A stretch of DNA of 64,000 bases from Anaerolineae bacterium (GTDB lineage Bacteria; Chloroflexota; Anaerolineae; JAFGEY01): contig JADHXD010000003.1 of assembly GCA_016783145.1 (NCBI GenBank), positions 6,437 to 70,436 on the forward strand. The letters run 5' to 3'. A program made the translations under genes and the position numbers. This document shows positions 1 through 10,290 of the stretch, one piece after another. Each line of letters opens with the position of its first letter. Within the stretch, counting starts at the first letter, position 1. Under the pieces are notes generated by a model, which worked only from the letters and a program-made list of their open reading frames with translations, had not been told where the DNA came from and did not search any database.

Positions 1-213
1 ATTCGCTTTGTCCGCGCTTCGACATCCGAGCCCCAGGCATCTGAAGAACCCACGCCCAGCGCGGGCGCGTCCCTGATCCGAACCCTGGCAGAGCGGAGCA
101 AGGGGTGGATCCAGGCGCTCAGGGCCCGGATCCGCAGGTCATCCGATCGGCGCCAGGAGCAGGTCGCTGGCGAGACGGAGGGGAGCGCGGAGACCCACGA
201 TGGCCCTCTCTAG
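1..213 (+). CDS. 3' end of an upstream gene truncated by the window edge; product unknown
   Basis: Frame 1 is open from base 1 (IRFVRASTSEPQASEEP...HDGPL) to TAG at 211-213. Confidence 0.45.
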   Translation: MRFVRASTSEPQASEEPTPSAGASLIRTLAERSKGWIQALRARIRRSSDRRQEQVAGETEGSAETHDGPL

Positions 214-253
214 CCATCTCACAGAGAGTACAGCTACTGCAAAGCCGGCTGAG

Positions 254-413
254 CTCTGGCTGGCGTATCTCCATGGGCCGAGCAGCGGCATGAGGATGCC
301 GCTGCTACCAGATTCCCGTAGGTTTGTCGAGGATCTCTGGCTGGGGCATCTCTATGGGCCGAGCAGCGGCATGAGGATGCCGCTGCTACCGCGTTCCCGT
401 AGGTTTGTCGAGG
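254..413. repeat. Two-copy 81-bp tandem repeat, each unit containing a GTAG-type REP-like hairpin
   Basis: Units start at 254 and 335; each has AGCAGCGGCAT-gagg-ATGCCGCTGCT (perfect 11-bp stem), and the minus strand reads GTAGCAGCGGCATCCTCATGCCGCTGCT. Confidence 0.85.
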
Positions 414-447
414 GGCTTTGCACCAGCTCCCCCGCCCGGAGAACGTC

Positions 448-1044
448 ATGCGGATAGGAGTGATCGGGGGCACGTTCGATCCGATCCACATCGGCCACCT
501 GATCATCGCCGAGGAGGCACGCGTCCTGCTGGAGCTCGATCAGATGGTGTTCATCCCCGCCGGGAAACCGCCCCACAAGCTCGATCTATCGATCACCGAC
601 CCCGAGCACAGGTTCGCCATGGTCGAGCTGGCTACCGCCGACAACCCGCATATGACCGTCTCGCGGGTGGACATCGATCGCCCAGGCCCGTGCTACACGG
701 TGGACACCATTCGCTTGCTCCAGGACGTGTGGGGGCCCGAGACCGCAATCTACTTTCTGATAGGAACCGACTCGCTGGCCGAGCTGCCGACGTGGTATCA
801 GCCCCAGCGCTTGCTCCGCCTCTGTCACATCGTTGCCGTCCGGCGGCCGGGATACCCGGTGGACCTGCAGGCATTGGAGGGCGTGCTGCCCGGAGCAGCA
901 TCTCTCATCCACATCCTGGAGGCGCCCGTGCTCGACATCTCGGCCACCGATGTCCGGCGACGCATCCGCGAGGGCCGGTCGATCCGCTACGTGGTGCCCC
1001 GTGCGGTCGAGCGCTACATCAGCGAGCATCGCCTCTACCTTTGA
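448..1044 (+). CDS. nadD: Nicotinate-nucleotide adenylyltransferase
   Basis: MRIGVIGGTFDPIHIGH (HxGH motif), PPHK, YTVDT, FLIGTD, ISAT; ATG at 448. Confidence 0.95.
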   Translation: MRIGVIGGTFDPIHIGHLIIAEEARVLLELDQMVFIPAGKPPHKLDLSITDPEHRFAMVELATADNPHMTVSRVDIDRPGPCYTVDTIRLLQDVWGPETAIYFLIGTDSLAELPTWYQPQRLLRLCHIVAVRRPGYPVDLQALEGVLPGAASLIHILEAPVLDISATDVRRRIREGRSIRYVVPRAVERYISEHRLYL

Positions 1045-1061
1045 TAGGCCAGGTCGATCGA

Positions 1062-3191
1062 ATGGCTGACGCAGCGAACCTGAACGTCGATCCTACGCTC
1101 CATCCCGACAAGAGGATCTTTTTCCTCCAGGGACCTCCCGGGGCTGGAAAGACCACCCTGGCGATACGCCGTCTCTCTCAATTGCTCCACAGCGGCGTGC
1201 CCGCCGAGTCGATCCTGGTCTGGGTGCCTCAGCGCGTGCTCGGCAGGCCATACACTGAGGCTCTGTGGGAGCTGGACATCCCCGGCAGCGAGGTCACCGT
1301 TGTCACGGTGGGCGGTCTAGCGCGGCGGACCCTTGCCCTGTACTGGCCACTGATCGCCGAAAAAGCTGGCTTTGGCCTCCCCGATCAGGAGCCCATCTTT
1401 CTCACCCTGGAGACAACCCAGTACTATATGGATCGCATCGTGTCGCCCTACATCGACCAAGGGCATTTCGATGGGATATCCATCCGCCGCAACCGCCTGG
1501 TCAGCCAGATCATCGACAACCTGAACAAGGCGGCGGTCGTCGGCTTTCCACACACAGACGTCGCCGCCCGCCTCAAACAAGCGTGGTCCGGTGAGAGCGC
1601 GCGCCTGCGCGCCTACGACCAGGTCCAGGCGTGCGTGAACGGCTTTCGCACCTACTGCCTGGCTCACAACCTGCTCGACTTTTCCCTCCAGCTCGATATA
1701 TTCTTTGACCATTTCTTGACCGAGCCCGCATGTCGCGGCCACCTGTTCGGGAGGTACCGACACCTGATCGTGGACAATGTCGAAGAGGACACGCCACGCG
1801 CGCACGACCTCCTGAAGCAGTGGCTGGGAGAATGCGAGAGCGCGCTGGTCGTGATGGATCAGGGTGGAGGATATCGCGCCTTCCTGGGCGCTGACGCCGA
1901 GGGTGCTGCAGAGCTCAAGTGGTCGTGCCAGGACTGGATGACCCTGGACCGATCGTACGTGGTGTCGGCACACGTGCAGGCCCTGGGAGACCACCTGGTA
2001 CAGTCGCTGGGAAGAGAAGTCGCCGAACGCCTTTCAGGCCCGAGTCCCGCACCCCGCCAGCCGGAGACAGGCAACCCGAGAGTCGCGATCCACTTTGAGC
2101 TCGCGCGCTTTCAGCACCAGATGATCGAGTGGGTGGCCGACCAGGTTGCGCTGCTCGTGCACGAGCGCGATGTTCCGCCTGGAGAGATCGCGATCCTGTC
2201 TCCTTTCCTCGGCGACGCGCTTCGGTTCGCGCTGTCCAACGCGTTGTCGCATCGCCAGGTGCCCGTGCGTTCGCACCGCCCATCGCGCGCCCTGCGCGAA
2301 GAGCCCGCGGCGCGCTGCCTGCTGACGTGGGCGGCCTTCGCCCGTCCCGACTGGGGGCTCTGCCCAGCGCCGCCGGACGTGACCCAGGCCCTGATGTTGG
2401 CTGTCGATGGTCTCGACCTGATCCGTGCTCGCCTGCTCACCGAGGTCGCGTACCGCCCGCGAGAGGGGCGACCGATGCTCACCTCGTTCGATCAGATGCG
2501 AACGGACATGCAGCAGCGGATCAGCTTTACGCTCGGGGAGCGATTCGAGCGCCTGCGCGGCTGGTTGGCCGCCTACGGGGAACAAAGACCGCTCGAGCTG
2601 GACGACCTGCTTGACGGGCTGTTCACCGAGCTGCTCTCGCAGCCTGGATTTGGCTTCTACCGCAACCTGGATGCCGGACGGGTCACAGCAAACCTGATCG
2701 AATCCTATCAAAAGTTCCGCCGCGTAGTGGGGGGCACCACCCCCGGCCCGCTCGGCCCGGAGTACCTGCGCACGGTCGATCAGGGGATCATCGCAGCTAC
2801 CTACGTACAGAGCTGGCAGATCGAAGCGACCGACGCGGTTCTGATGGCCCCGGCCTATACGTTTCTGATGGCCAACCGCCCCGTGGAGGTGCAGTTCTGG
2901 CTGGACGTGGGAAGCAGCGCATGGTGGGAGCGGCTCTACCAGCCCCTAACCCACCCGCACGTCCTGAGCAGGCAGTGGCCCGAGGGTAAAACGTGGGGCG
3001 ATGAGGAGGAATTTGCCGCCCGGCAGATCGCGCTCGGCCGGCTGGTCCTGGGGCTGGTTCGGCGCTGTCGCACCGGTATCTACCTGGGCATCTCTGAGCT
3101 CGGCGAGCAGGGATACGAGCAGCGCGGTCCCCTCTTGCAGGCGATCCAGCGCACATTGCGCCGGACGCCACCCCCTTCCCAAGACCTATGA
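1062..3191 (+). CDS. UvrD/SF1 helicase-like P-loop protein with degenerate Walker B
   Basis: Walker A GPPGAGKTT, 'GVPAESILV', 'YRHLIVDNVEED', 'VPPGEIAILSP'; ATG at 1062 within ORF 405..3191. Confidence 0.75.
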   Translation: MADAANLNVDPTLHPDKRIFFLQGPPGAGKTTLAIRRLSQLLHSGVPAESILVWVPQRVLGRPYTEALWELDIPGSEVTVVTVGGLARRTLALYWPLIAEKAGFGLPDQEPIFLTLETTQYYMDRIVSPYIDQGHFDGISIRRNRLVSQIIDNLNKAAVVGFPHTDVAARLKQAWSGESARLRAYDQVQACVNGFRTYCLAHNLLDFSLQLDIFFDHFLTEPACRGHLFGRYRHLIVDNVEEDTPRAHDLLKQWLGECESALVVMDQGGGYRAFLGADAEGAAELKWSCQDWMTLDRSYVVSAHVQALGDHLVQSLGREVAERLSGPSPAPRQPETGNPRVAIHFELARFQHQMIEWVADQVALLVHERDVPPGEIAILSPFLGDALRFALSNALSHRQVPVRSHRPSRALREEPAARCLLTWAAFARPDWGLCPAPPDVTQALMLAVDGLDLIRARLLTEVAYRPREGRPMLTSFDQMRTDMQQRISFTLGERFERLRGWLAAYGEQRPLELDDLLDGLFTELLSQPGFGFYRNLDAGRVTANLIESYQKFRRVVGGTTPGPLGPEYLRTVDQGIIAATYVQSWQIEATDAVLMAPAYTFLMANRPVEVQFWLDVGSSAWWERLYQPLTHPHVLSRQWPEGKTWGDEEEFAARQIALGRLVLGLVRRCRTGIYLGISELGEQGYEQRGPLLQAIQRTLRRTPPPSQDL

Positions 3192-4850
3192 AGACGGCCC
3201 GCCAGGGACATCCTCACTGCTGAAGAGAATGCCTGTGACAGCAGGCACGGGATCGGGGTCAATCCCCAGGGGAAGGGCGAATATGAAGCGGCTCCCCTGA
3301 CCGGGCTCGCTCTCCACCCAGATCCTGCCCTTGCAGCGCTCGACCATGCCCTTGGCGATCGAGAGACCCAGGCCGATTCCCTCGTGTTCACGAGTCAAGG
3401 ACGGCTCTACCTGGTAGAAAGGCAGGAAAATGCGTTCGTGTTCCTCCGCATGGATCCCAATGCCCGTATCCCAGACAGAGACCCTCAGCTCGTCCTCGTG
3501 CACGCTTGCCTCAACTCCGACCCGTCCCCCCTGCGGCGTGAATTTGATCGCATTCTGGATCAGGTTGGAAAGCGTCAAGAGGACCTTTTGAGGGTCCGTG
3601 CGAACGGGCTCCAGGTCTGCAGGTACGTTGACCAGGACCTGAATGCCTTTCGCCTCGACCATTGAGGCCAGATCGTCCATCGCATCCCTGATCAGGTCCG
3701 AGATGTGACAAGGGGCGATCTCGAGCTGCGCTTCCCCAGTCTGTAAGTGGCGCATATCGAGCAAAGCGTCCACCAACCCTCGCAGCCGAAGCGCATTCCG
3801 CAAAACGATCTGCAGCCGCGCTTTGATCTGCGTATCCTCGATCTCTTCTGCCAAGAGTTCGACGTGTCCCATCAGGATAGCCAACGGCGTGCGCAGCTCG
3901 TGAGCGGCGATGCTGATGAACTCGCTCTTCATGTCATCCAGCTCTTGCAGCTCCTGATAGGCACGCTGGATCTGCTCGAACAGGCTGGCATTCTGGAAGG
4001 CGATCGCTGCTTGCCCGCAAAGCACAGACAGCAGTTCGCTGTCGCCGGGGGCGAATCGCGCTCCCCGTTCGGACTTGGCCAGTACCAGCGCGCCGACCGG
4101 CGCATCCATCGCCAGAAGCGGACTAAACATAAAGCTCTCGATCTGGGTGCGGCGCATGAACTCGGCCACACGCGCTTCAGCGCCCGCGGACGTCTGTGCC
4201 AGCACCTGCTGGCGCTCCTGCAGCAAGGCCTCCGCGGTATGCAGCACGAAACTTATCGTCTCCGGTTGAGCCTGCTCCACATCGAAACCGGTGCTCGTCC
4301 CCACAAACAGGCGCCCGTCCGTCCTGCGCAGCATCAAGATCCCCCGCGTGGCCCCAAGCTCGTCACATGCAGCCCTCAGCACCCTTCGCGCTAGCTGGCC
4401 CTCTTCGACGGTGGTCATCAGGGTCTTGTTGATCTCGAAGAGCGGGATCAACGCGCTGAGCCGGGCGTTTTCGCGGCGGAGTCGCTCTTTCTCCAGCGCC
4501 CGACTGATAGCCAGCTTGAGATCGAGGGTGCTGAACGGCTTGACGACAAACTCGGAAAACCCGAGCTGCAGGGCCTGAATGGCGGTATCCATCGTGCCGT
4601 GTCCGGTCATCAGCACGCACACGATATCAGGCTGGTACGTGCGGATGATCCGGGACGTCTCCAACCCTCGGATCCCCGGCATGATCATATCGGTGAGGAA
4701 CAGATCGTAGCGTTCTCTCTGCGCTGCCTCGATGGCCTCTTCCCCGGTGAGCACGCCGGTGACCTCGTATCCCTCACTGCAGACAATGCGCGTGCATAGA
4801 TTGAGGACATCTGGCTCGTCATCCGCGATCAGGATCTTTTCCCTTGGCAC
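3186..4850 (-). CDS. Hybrid sensor histidine kinase (REC-GAF-HisKA-HATPase)
   Basis: N-terminal KILIADDE...DMIMPG...KPF; H-box AHELRTPL; N box NAIKF; DTGIG and GLGL boxes. Confidence 0.92.
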   Translation of the reverse strand: MPREKILIADDEPDVLNLCTRIVCSEGYEVTGVLTGEEAIEAAQRERYDLFLTDMIMPGIRGLETSRIIRTYQPDIVCVLMTGHGTMDTAIQALQLGFSEFVVKPFSTLDLKLAISRALEKERLRRENARLSALIPLFEINKTLMTTVEEGQLARRVLRAACDELGATRGILMLRRTDGRLFVGTSTGFDVEQAQPETISFVLHTAEALLQERQQVLAQTSAGAEARVAEFMRRTQIESFMFSPLLAMDAPVGALVLAKSERGARFAPGDSELLSVLCGQAAIAFQNASLFEQIQRAYQELQELDDMKSEFISIAAHELRTPLAILMGHVELLAEEIEDTQIKARLQIVLRNALRLRGLVDALLDMRHLQTGEAQLEIAPCHISDLIRDAMDDLASMVEAKGIQVLVNVPADLEPVRTDPQKVLLTLSNLIQNAIKFTPQGGRVGVEASVHEDELRVSVWDTGIGIHAEEHERIFLPFYQVEPSLTREHEGIGLGLSIAKGMVERCKGRIWVESEPGQGSRFIFALPLGIDPDPVPAVTGILFSSEDVPGGPSS

Positions 4851-4944
4851 TCGAACACCTCCGTTCAGCAGGGAGCGAGCAAGGGCCGTTCTGCCGCATC
4901 AAGGTCCGGAGCAGACCGGCAGGTTTCGCAACGCCCCTACTAAC

Positions 4945-4973
4945 ATTATACAAGTCCATCCACAGGTTGTCAA
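4945..4973 (-). promoter_or_regulatory. Consensus sigma70 promoter for the hybrid kinase
   Basis: TTGACA (4973-4968)-17 nt-TATAAT (4950-4945), a perfect consensus. Confidence 0.85.
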
Positions 4974-5011
4974 CGCATCTGGCCCGGTGCAATGGCGATG
5001 GCCCGAACCAT

Positions 5012-5040
5012 TGGACAATTCGTGGTTTTTGGTGTATCAT
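5012..5040 (+). promoter_or_regulatory. Sigma70-like promoter for rplI-rodZ-rimO
   Basis: TGGACA-17 nt-TATCAT. Confidence 0.6.
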
Positions 5041-5114
5041 AACCCACTGTCGAAAGGCGGCTGTGACGTATCTCCGCCTGCAGCATATTCTGAGGTTGAA
5101 AGCGAGGAGAGCAA

Positions 5115-5579
5115 GTGAACGTCTTGTTGATTCAGGATGTACCGGGTTTGGGCAAGGTTGGCGACGTGAAAAAGGTGGCCGATGGATATGCTCGAAACTA
5201 TCTGATCCCCCGCGGTTTGGCCAAGATCGCTACCCCTGGGGAGCTTAAGCAGGTTGAGCAACACAAGCGGACCGCTGCCAAGCAGACTCTGCACGAGCTG
5301 AAGGACGCCCAGGCCATCGCCGAACGGCTTGGGCAAATGACGTTGGTGTTCCAGGCCCGGGCCGGAGAGGGCACCAAGCTCTACGGCTCGATCACCAGCG
5401 CCGATATCGCAGAACGGATCTCGGAGGAATTGGGGCGTAGCTTTGACCGGCGCAAGATCCACCTCGATGAGTCTCTGCGTCAGTTGGGCACGCACCAGGT
5501 TCCCGTTCGCTTGATGTCAGACCTCGTACCCGAGGTAACCATCGTCATTGAGCGCGAGGGCGAGCCAGAAGCAGAGTAG
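5115..5579 (+). CDS. rplI: 50S ribosomal protein L9
   Basis: LGKVGDVKKVADGYARNYLIP; KLYGSIT. Confidence 0.97.
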   Translation: MNVLLIQDVPGLGKVGDVKKVADGYARNYLIPRGLAKIATPGELKQVEQHKRTAAKQTLHELKDAQAIAERLGQMTLVFQARAGEGTKLYGSITSADIAERISEELGRSFDRRKIHLDESLRQLGTHQVPVRLMSDLVPEVTIVIEREGEPEAE

Positions 5580-5601
5580 ACTTTGCGAGCGAGGACCATA
5601 C

Positions 5602-6687
5602 ATGGGTAAACTGGGCCAGCTACTGCGCCGGACCGGCAAGAGGGCGGGAGAAGCAGAGGGGGAGGAAGGAACCACGCAGACCCAGCGTGAGCATTCAAGC
5701 GCGAACACCACCAAGCTGGGTCAGCTACTGCGCGAAGCTCGCGAGGAGAAACGGCTGACCCTCGAACACATAGAAAGCGCGACCCGGATCCGATACAAGT
5801 ATCTGCTCGCCCTCGAAGAGGGCAGGTACGACGACCTGCCCACGCCAGGGCACGTTCACGGGTTCTTGCGCAACTATGCCCTCCACCTCGGCCTCGACCT
5901 GGCCGAAGTGGAGGCGCTGTTCGCGGAAGACAAGGCAGCACACAAGTTCGTTGAGCCAGGGATATTCCGTCCTCAGGACATCGAGCTGACCTCGCCGAGG
6001 CCGCTGATCAAGGCAAATCTGGTCTTTTGGTTTGTCATGCTGCTGGTCATCGTGGTAGTTGGCGGCGGCCTGTTCTGGCAGTATGGGTGGCCCCTGATCC
6101 GGCCTACGGTCACGCCCACAGCGACCCCTACGGCGACTGCGACCGCCGAAAGAGTGGTACTCGTACCTTCGGCCACGGCGACGAACACACCTGTGCCGCC
6201 GACACCGACATCGTCCGCCCCTACATCGACACCGTCCGCTCTGACAGCAACGCCGACCGAGTCACCGCCAGAGCCCTCACCCACCACGACGGCGACGCTC
6301 GCCTCAACCCCGGAGACCGCGACGCCGACGCCGCCCGCCGAGACGTCCACGCCCAGTGCAACGGAGGGCGTTACCCTGCACATCACGGTGACCGAACGAG
6401 CGTGGCTGCAGGTCACCGTGGACGAGCAACAGGTTCCGGGCGAGCTCTTGCAGGCAGGCGAAGAGAGAGAATGGCAGGCTCAGCGCTCACTCTACTTTAT
6501 CTGCGGAAACGCAGGGGGCGTGGAAGTGACCGTCAACGGCAAAGAGCTAGGCGCTCTGGGAGCGCGTGGGGAAGTAGTGGAGAGGCTGTGGACCCCTCAG
6601 GGCGAGGTGACCCCGACCCCAACAGGAGGAGAGACAGCGCCAACGCCCACGGGCGAGGCCGCTCCAACGCCCACTCCGGCGGCGTGA
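5602..6687 (+). CDS. rodZ: RodZ-like protein (HTH, TM, Thr/Pro linker, DUF4115-type C-terminal domain)
   Basis: LGQLLREAREEKRLTL...LALEEG...GFLRNYA; one TM helix; AWLQVTVD...GNAGGVEVTVNG. Confidence 0.85.
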   Translation: MGKLGQLLRRTGKRAGEAEGEEGTTQTQREHSSANTTKLGQLLREAREEKRLTLEHIESATRIRYKYLLALEEGRYDDLPTPGHVHGFLRNYALHLGLDLAEVEALFAEDKAAHKFVEPGIFRPQDIELTSPRPLIKANLVFWFVMLLVIVVVGGGLFWQYGWPLIRPTVTPTATPTATATAERVVLVPSATATNTPVPPTPTSSAPTSTPSALTATPTESPPEPSPTTTATLASTPETATPTPPAETSTPSATEGVTLHITVTERAWLQVTVDEQQVPGELLQAGEEREWQAQRSLYFICGNAGGVEVTVNGKELGALGARGEVVERLWTPQGEVTPTPTGGETAPTPTGEAAPTPTPAA

Positions 6688-6752
6688 ACTACAGAGCAGC
6701 TTGAGCATTTGGCACACGGTGACGCCGTGTGCTTTTTGTTGCAGGAGATGTC

Positions 6753-8135
6753 GTGCGTTACTTTATGATCTCATTGGGCTGTCCCAAGAACACCGTGGAT
6801 GCAGAAGACATGGGCCTTTTGCTCAATACGGGGGGACACCGACCCGTTTCGGACCCAGCCGACGCGGACGTGCTGCTCGTCAATACGTGTGGTTTCATCG
6901 AAAGCGCCCGAGCAGAGTCCCTGTTTGTCCTGCACGATCTGGCAGAGCAGAAGCGTCCTGGACAGCAGCTCATCGCGACCGGATGCCTGTCGCAGCGGGC
7001 GGGCGCAGAGCTAGCCGAGCAGGTTCCGGGCCTGGACGGCATCCTGGGCACGCGACGCTGGGCAGAGGTCTTGACTCTTGTTGAGCGCCTTGGGCAGCGG
7101 CGACAGCGCACAGAGACCTGCACCTGGGTGGGCGATCCTGTAGGGGCGGAATCGGGCGCACGAATCCGGCTGCGAGGGCGAGTGCCCCGCGTGGCCCTGC
7201 AGGGACGAAGCGCCTACCTCAAGATCGCCGAGGGATGCAGCGCGCCCTGTGCCTTTTGCGCGATCCCACTGATCAAGGGCCCCCTGCGCAGCAGGCCCGT
7301 GCACGACATCATCGCCGACGCCCAGCACCTTGGCGGGAAAGGCGTTGAGGAGATCATCGTCATCGCCCAGGACACGACAGCCTACGGGCAAGATCGGGGC
7401 GAACAGGACGCTCTGCCCGTCTTGCTGGAGACGCTGATCTCGGCTGTTCCCGAGGTGTCGTGGATCCGGATCATGTATGCCTATCCACAGCACATCAGCC
7501 CTCGGCTGATCGAGACGATGGCCCGGCACCCGCAGATCTGCCACTACCTCGATCTGCCCTTGCAGCACGCACATCCTGACACGCTCGGGCGCATGCGCCG
7601 GCCGACAGACGTCGATCGAGTGCGCCGCCTGATCGAGGCCCTGCGGAAAGCGATGCCCGACATCGCCCTCCGAACCTCCTTCATCGTGGGCTACCCGGGG
7701 GAGACGGAAGGTGAGTTCCGCGCTCTGGCGGCATTCGCTCAGGAGACACAGTTCGACAAGGTCGGCGTATTCACCTATTCTCCGGAGCAAGGCACCGCGG
7801 CGTACGACCTGCCCGACCCTATCCCGGAGGAGGTCCAGGCGGAGCGATATGACCGCCTGATGGGCCAGCAGCAGGCCATCTCGCTGGCCCGCAACCAGGC
7901 ACAGGTGGGCCGCACCTTGGGCGTGCTGATAGAAGGTCAGGGCGAGGCAGAGTACGAAGGTGCGGATGTGGACGACACAGAGGAAATCTCGTTGGTCAGT
8001 GTCGGTCGCTCCTACCGCGACGCACCAGAGATTGATGGACTGGTATTGATCGAGGAGGCCGTTGAGCCTGGACGGATTGTCCCCGTGAGGATCACCGGGG
8101 CACTGGAATACGATCTCGTCGGGACACCTCAGTGA
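6753..8135 (+). CDS. rimO: Ribosomal protein S12 methylthiotransferase
   Basis: SLGCPKNTVD, NTCGFI, radical SAM motif CSAPCAFC, GRSYRDAPEIDG TRAM region; RBS AGGAG before GTG 6753. Confidence 0.95.
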   Translation: MRYFMISLGCPKNTVDAEDMGLLLNTGGHRPVSDPADADVLLVNTCGFIESARAESLFVLHDLAEQKRPGQQLIATGCLSQRAGAELAEQVPGLDGILGTRRWAEVLTLVERLGQRRQRTETCTWVGDPVGAESGARIRLRGRVPRVALQGRSAYLKIAEGCSAPCAFCAIPLIKGPLRSRPVHDIIADAQHLGGKGVEEIIVIAQDTTAYGQDRGEQDALPVLLETLISAVPEVSWIRIMYAYPQHISPRLIETMARHPQICHYLDLPLQHAHPDTLGRMRRPTDVDRVRRLIEALRKAMPDIALRTSFIVGYPGETEGEFRALAAFAQETQFDKVGVFTYSPEQGTAAYDLPDPIPEEVQAERYDRLMGQQQAISLARNQAQVGRTLGVLIEGQGEAEYEGADVDDTEEISLVSVGRSYRDAPEIDGLVLIEEAVEPGRIVPVRITGALEYDLVGTPQ

Positions 8136-8171
8136 GCGGACTTGGCAGTTCAGCACCAAAGGTGCCAGCGA

Positions 8172-8206
8172 AGGTGCCAGGCACTTCAAGTAAGTGCCTG
8201 GCACCT
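8172..8206. repeat. Palindromic dispersed repeat between convergent rimO and aroQ; possible terminator
   Basis: AGGTGCCAGGCACTT-caagt-AAGTGCCTGGCACCT, perfect 15-bp stem; same arms recur at 49112-49179. Confidence 0.8.
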
Positions 8207-8658
8207 CAGATCTGCGCGACGCCCGATGACAGGTGATCCAACAGGGCGATCAGACCCAGGGTGTAACTGCGCCAGCCGAACCCGCTGATCTGCCCGACAC
8301 ATACGGGAGCGATCAGGGACGTATGGCGGAACGACTCGCGGGCGTGAACGTTGGACAGGTGGACCTCGACCGCCGGCAGCCCGACCCCAGCGATCGCATC
8401 CCGCAAAGCCACGCTGGTGTGCGTGTACGCACCGGGATTGATCAAGATGCCATCGGCCCACGACACCGCCTCGTGAATGCGGTCGATCAACACTCCCTCG
8501 TGATTGGACTGCAGGATGCGCAGCTCGACACCGCGCTCGGCAGCCAGGGCGGCAAGCTGCGCATCGATCTGGCTCAGCATCTGCTGGCCATAGATCTCTG
8601 GTTCGCGTTGGCCCAGCAGGTTCAAGTTGGGGCCGTGTAAGACCAGGATACCCGTCAT
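8206..8658 (-). CDS. aroQ: Type II 3-dehydroquinate dehydratase
   Basis: [39 protein letters not shown]. Confidence 0.97.
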   Translation of the reverse strand: MTGILVLHGPNLNLLGQREPEIYGQQMLSQIDAQLAALAAERGVELRILQSNHEGVLIDRIHEAVSWADGILINPGAYTHTSVALRDAIAGVGLPAVEVHLSNVHARESFRHTSLIAPVCVGQISGFGWRSYTLGLIALLDHLSSGVAQI

Positions 8659-8668
8659 CGTACGTTCC

Positions 8669-10264
8669 TCACTTTGCTCCCATCTCGCGCAGCACATCCA
8701 GCACCACCTGACGAGGCACGTCCTCGACGACCTCGACCTCGCCAATTGCGCGCGGTAGGACCCAGCGAAGGGCCTTCCCACGCTTCTTCTTGTCGCGCAT
8801 CATCGCCTCCCAGATCACCTGGCTGGAGACTGGCGGGCACTCTACTGGCAGATGGTGGGCCGTCAGCACCGCCGCCACGCGCTCAGGAAGCGCGGGGTCT
8901 GCCCGTCCCATCCGCACCGCGATTCGGACTGCGACCACCGTGCCGATGCTCACCCCTTCGCCATGACGCATGTGGAAACCGCTGATCTGCTCCAGTGCGT
9001 GCCCAGTCGTATGGCCCAGATTGAGAACAGCCCGCCAGCCACGTTCGTAGGGGTCGCCCTCCACGACGTCGATCTTGACCTGGAGCGAGCGGGCGATCCA
9101 GTTCTCCCACACCTGCGGGGTCTGCACCGTGGTCTCCAGCTCGACCAAGAGATCGGCGTCAGCGAGGACGCCGTGCTTGATCAGCTCGGCCATACCCGAT
9201 GCGATCTCTCCTGCGGGCAGTGTCCGCAGCACATCGGGGTCGATGACCACCAGCGCGGGCTGTTTGAACGCTCCCACCAGGTTCTTGCCCTGTGGCAGGT
9301 CCACCGCGGTCTTGCCGCCCACGCTGGCGTCCACCATCGCGAGCAGCGTGGTCGGCACCTGGATCACGGGCACCCCTCGCATGTACGTTGCCGCCGCGAA
9401 CCCGGCGAGGTCACAGGTCACCCCGCCGCCGAGGGCCAGCACCGTCCCACCCCGATCCAGATCCCCCTCCACGAGCTGTTCGTAGAGCCCGGCGGCGGTG
9501 TCCAGCGTTTTGTGCTGCTCGCCGTCCGGGATCGTGCACACGAAGAGAGAGAATCCGGCCTGGCGCAGGGACTCGATGGCAGGAGGCAGGTGAAGCGCCG
9601 ACACGGTGGTGTTGGTGATGACGGCGATGCGCTCGCCAGAGCCGATCTCTCGCGCCAGTTGGCCCAGCCCGCGCAACAGGCCGTGCCCGATATGGATGGG
9701 ATAGCTGCCCCCTGGATGGCGGACAGGCATGCAGATCGAGAACGCCCTCTCGAGCACCTGGCTCGCCACTTGGTCGATCGACAGAGAGGTGGTATCGATC
9801 TGGCGAGGAATGGAGCCATAGGCCGCCCGGCGGCTGTGCAGGAGCTGCTCAGCCCACGTCCTGCGGTTATCCACGTCCAGCAAAGGGCGGTCCCGCGCCG
9901 GCGCCAGCCGTCGCAGGACCTCGTCCAGATCACAGGTGAGGCAGAACACCGGGCCAGACGCCGTGATTCGCCGCCTGTTCTCAGGATCCACCAGCGCGCC
10001 GCCGCCCGTGGCGATGACCAGTCCTCGCCGATCGCTCAAGTGGCGGCAAAGCTCGGACTCGTATCTGCGGAAGGCCGGCTCGCCATCGTGGGCAAAGATG
10101 GACGAGATGGACTTGCCAGCACGCCTCTCGATCTCGACGTCCATATCCACGAAGGGGCGACCGAGCCGGCAAGCGACCTCGCGGCCCACGCTGCTCTTTC
10201 CGGTACCCATAAAGCCGGTGAGCACGATATTGCCGGAGGACAAGAGGTCAGGTTTGGAGGGCAT
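8669..10264 (-). CDS. aroB: Bifunctional shikimate kinase / 3-dehydroquinate synthase (AroK-AroB fusion)
   Basis: N-terminal [20 protein letters not shown] (AroK); C-terminal [29 protein letters not shown] (AroB). Confidence 0.93.
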   Translation of the reverse strand: MPSKPDLLSSGNIVLTGFMGTGKSSVGREVACRLGRPFVDMDVEIERRAGKSISSIFAHDGEPAFRRYESELCRHLSDRRGLVIATGGGALVDPENRRRITASGPVFCLTCDLDEVLRRLAPARDRPLLDVDNRRTWAEQLLHSRRAAYGSIPRQIDTTSLSIDQVASQVLERAFSICMPVRHPGGSYPIHIGHGLLRGLGQLAREIGSGERIAVITNTTVSALHLPPAIESLRQAGFSLFVCTIPDGEQHKTLDTAAGLYEQLVEGDLDRGGTVLALGGGVTCDLAGFAAATYMRGVPVIQVPTTLLAMVDASVGGKTAVDLPQGKNLVGAFKQPALVVIDPDVLRTLPAGEIASGMAELIKHGVLADADLLVELETTVQTPQVWENWIARSLQVKIDVVEGDPYERGWRAVLNLGHTTGHALEQISGFHMRHGEGVSIGTVVAVRIAVRMGRADPALPERVAAVLTAHHLPVECPPVSSQVIWEAMMRDKKKRGKALRWVLPRAIGEVEVVEDVPRQVVLDVLREMGAK

Positions 10265-10290
10265 GCGACACATCCCTACACCTTGGAACG

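Noticed and set aside
254-413. Possible mini-CRISPR (palindromic repeat)
   Set aside because: The whole 81-bp unit is duplicated, including the would-be spacer
405-1061. N-terminal 219 aa of the 928-aa ORF
   Set aside because: Overlaps nadD in another frame with Arg/Pro-rich shadow composition; the real start is probably ATG 1062
6110-6365. ACG/CCG-rich quasi-repeats
   Set aside because: They encode the ordinary Thr/Pro linker of the RodZ-like protein
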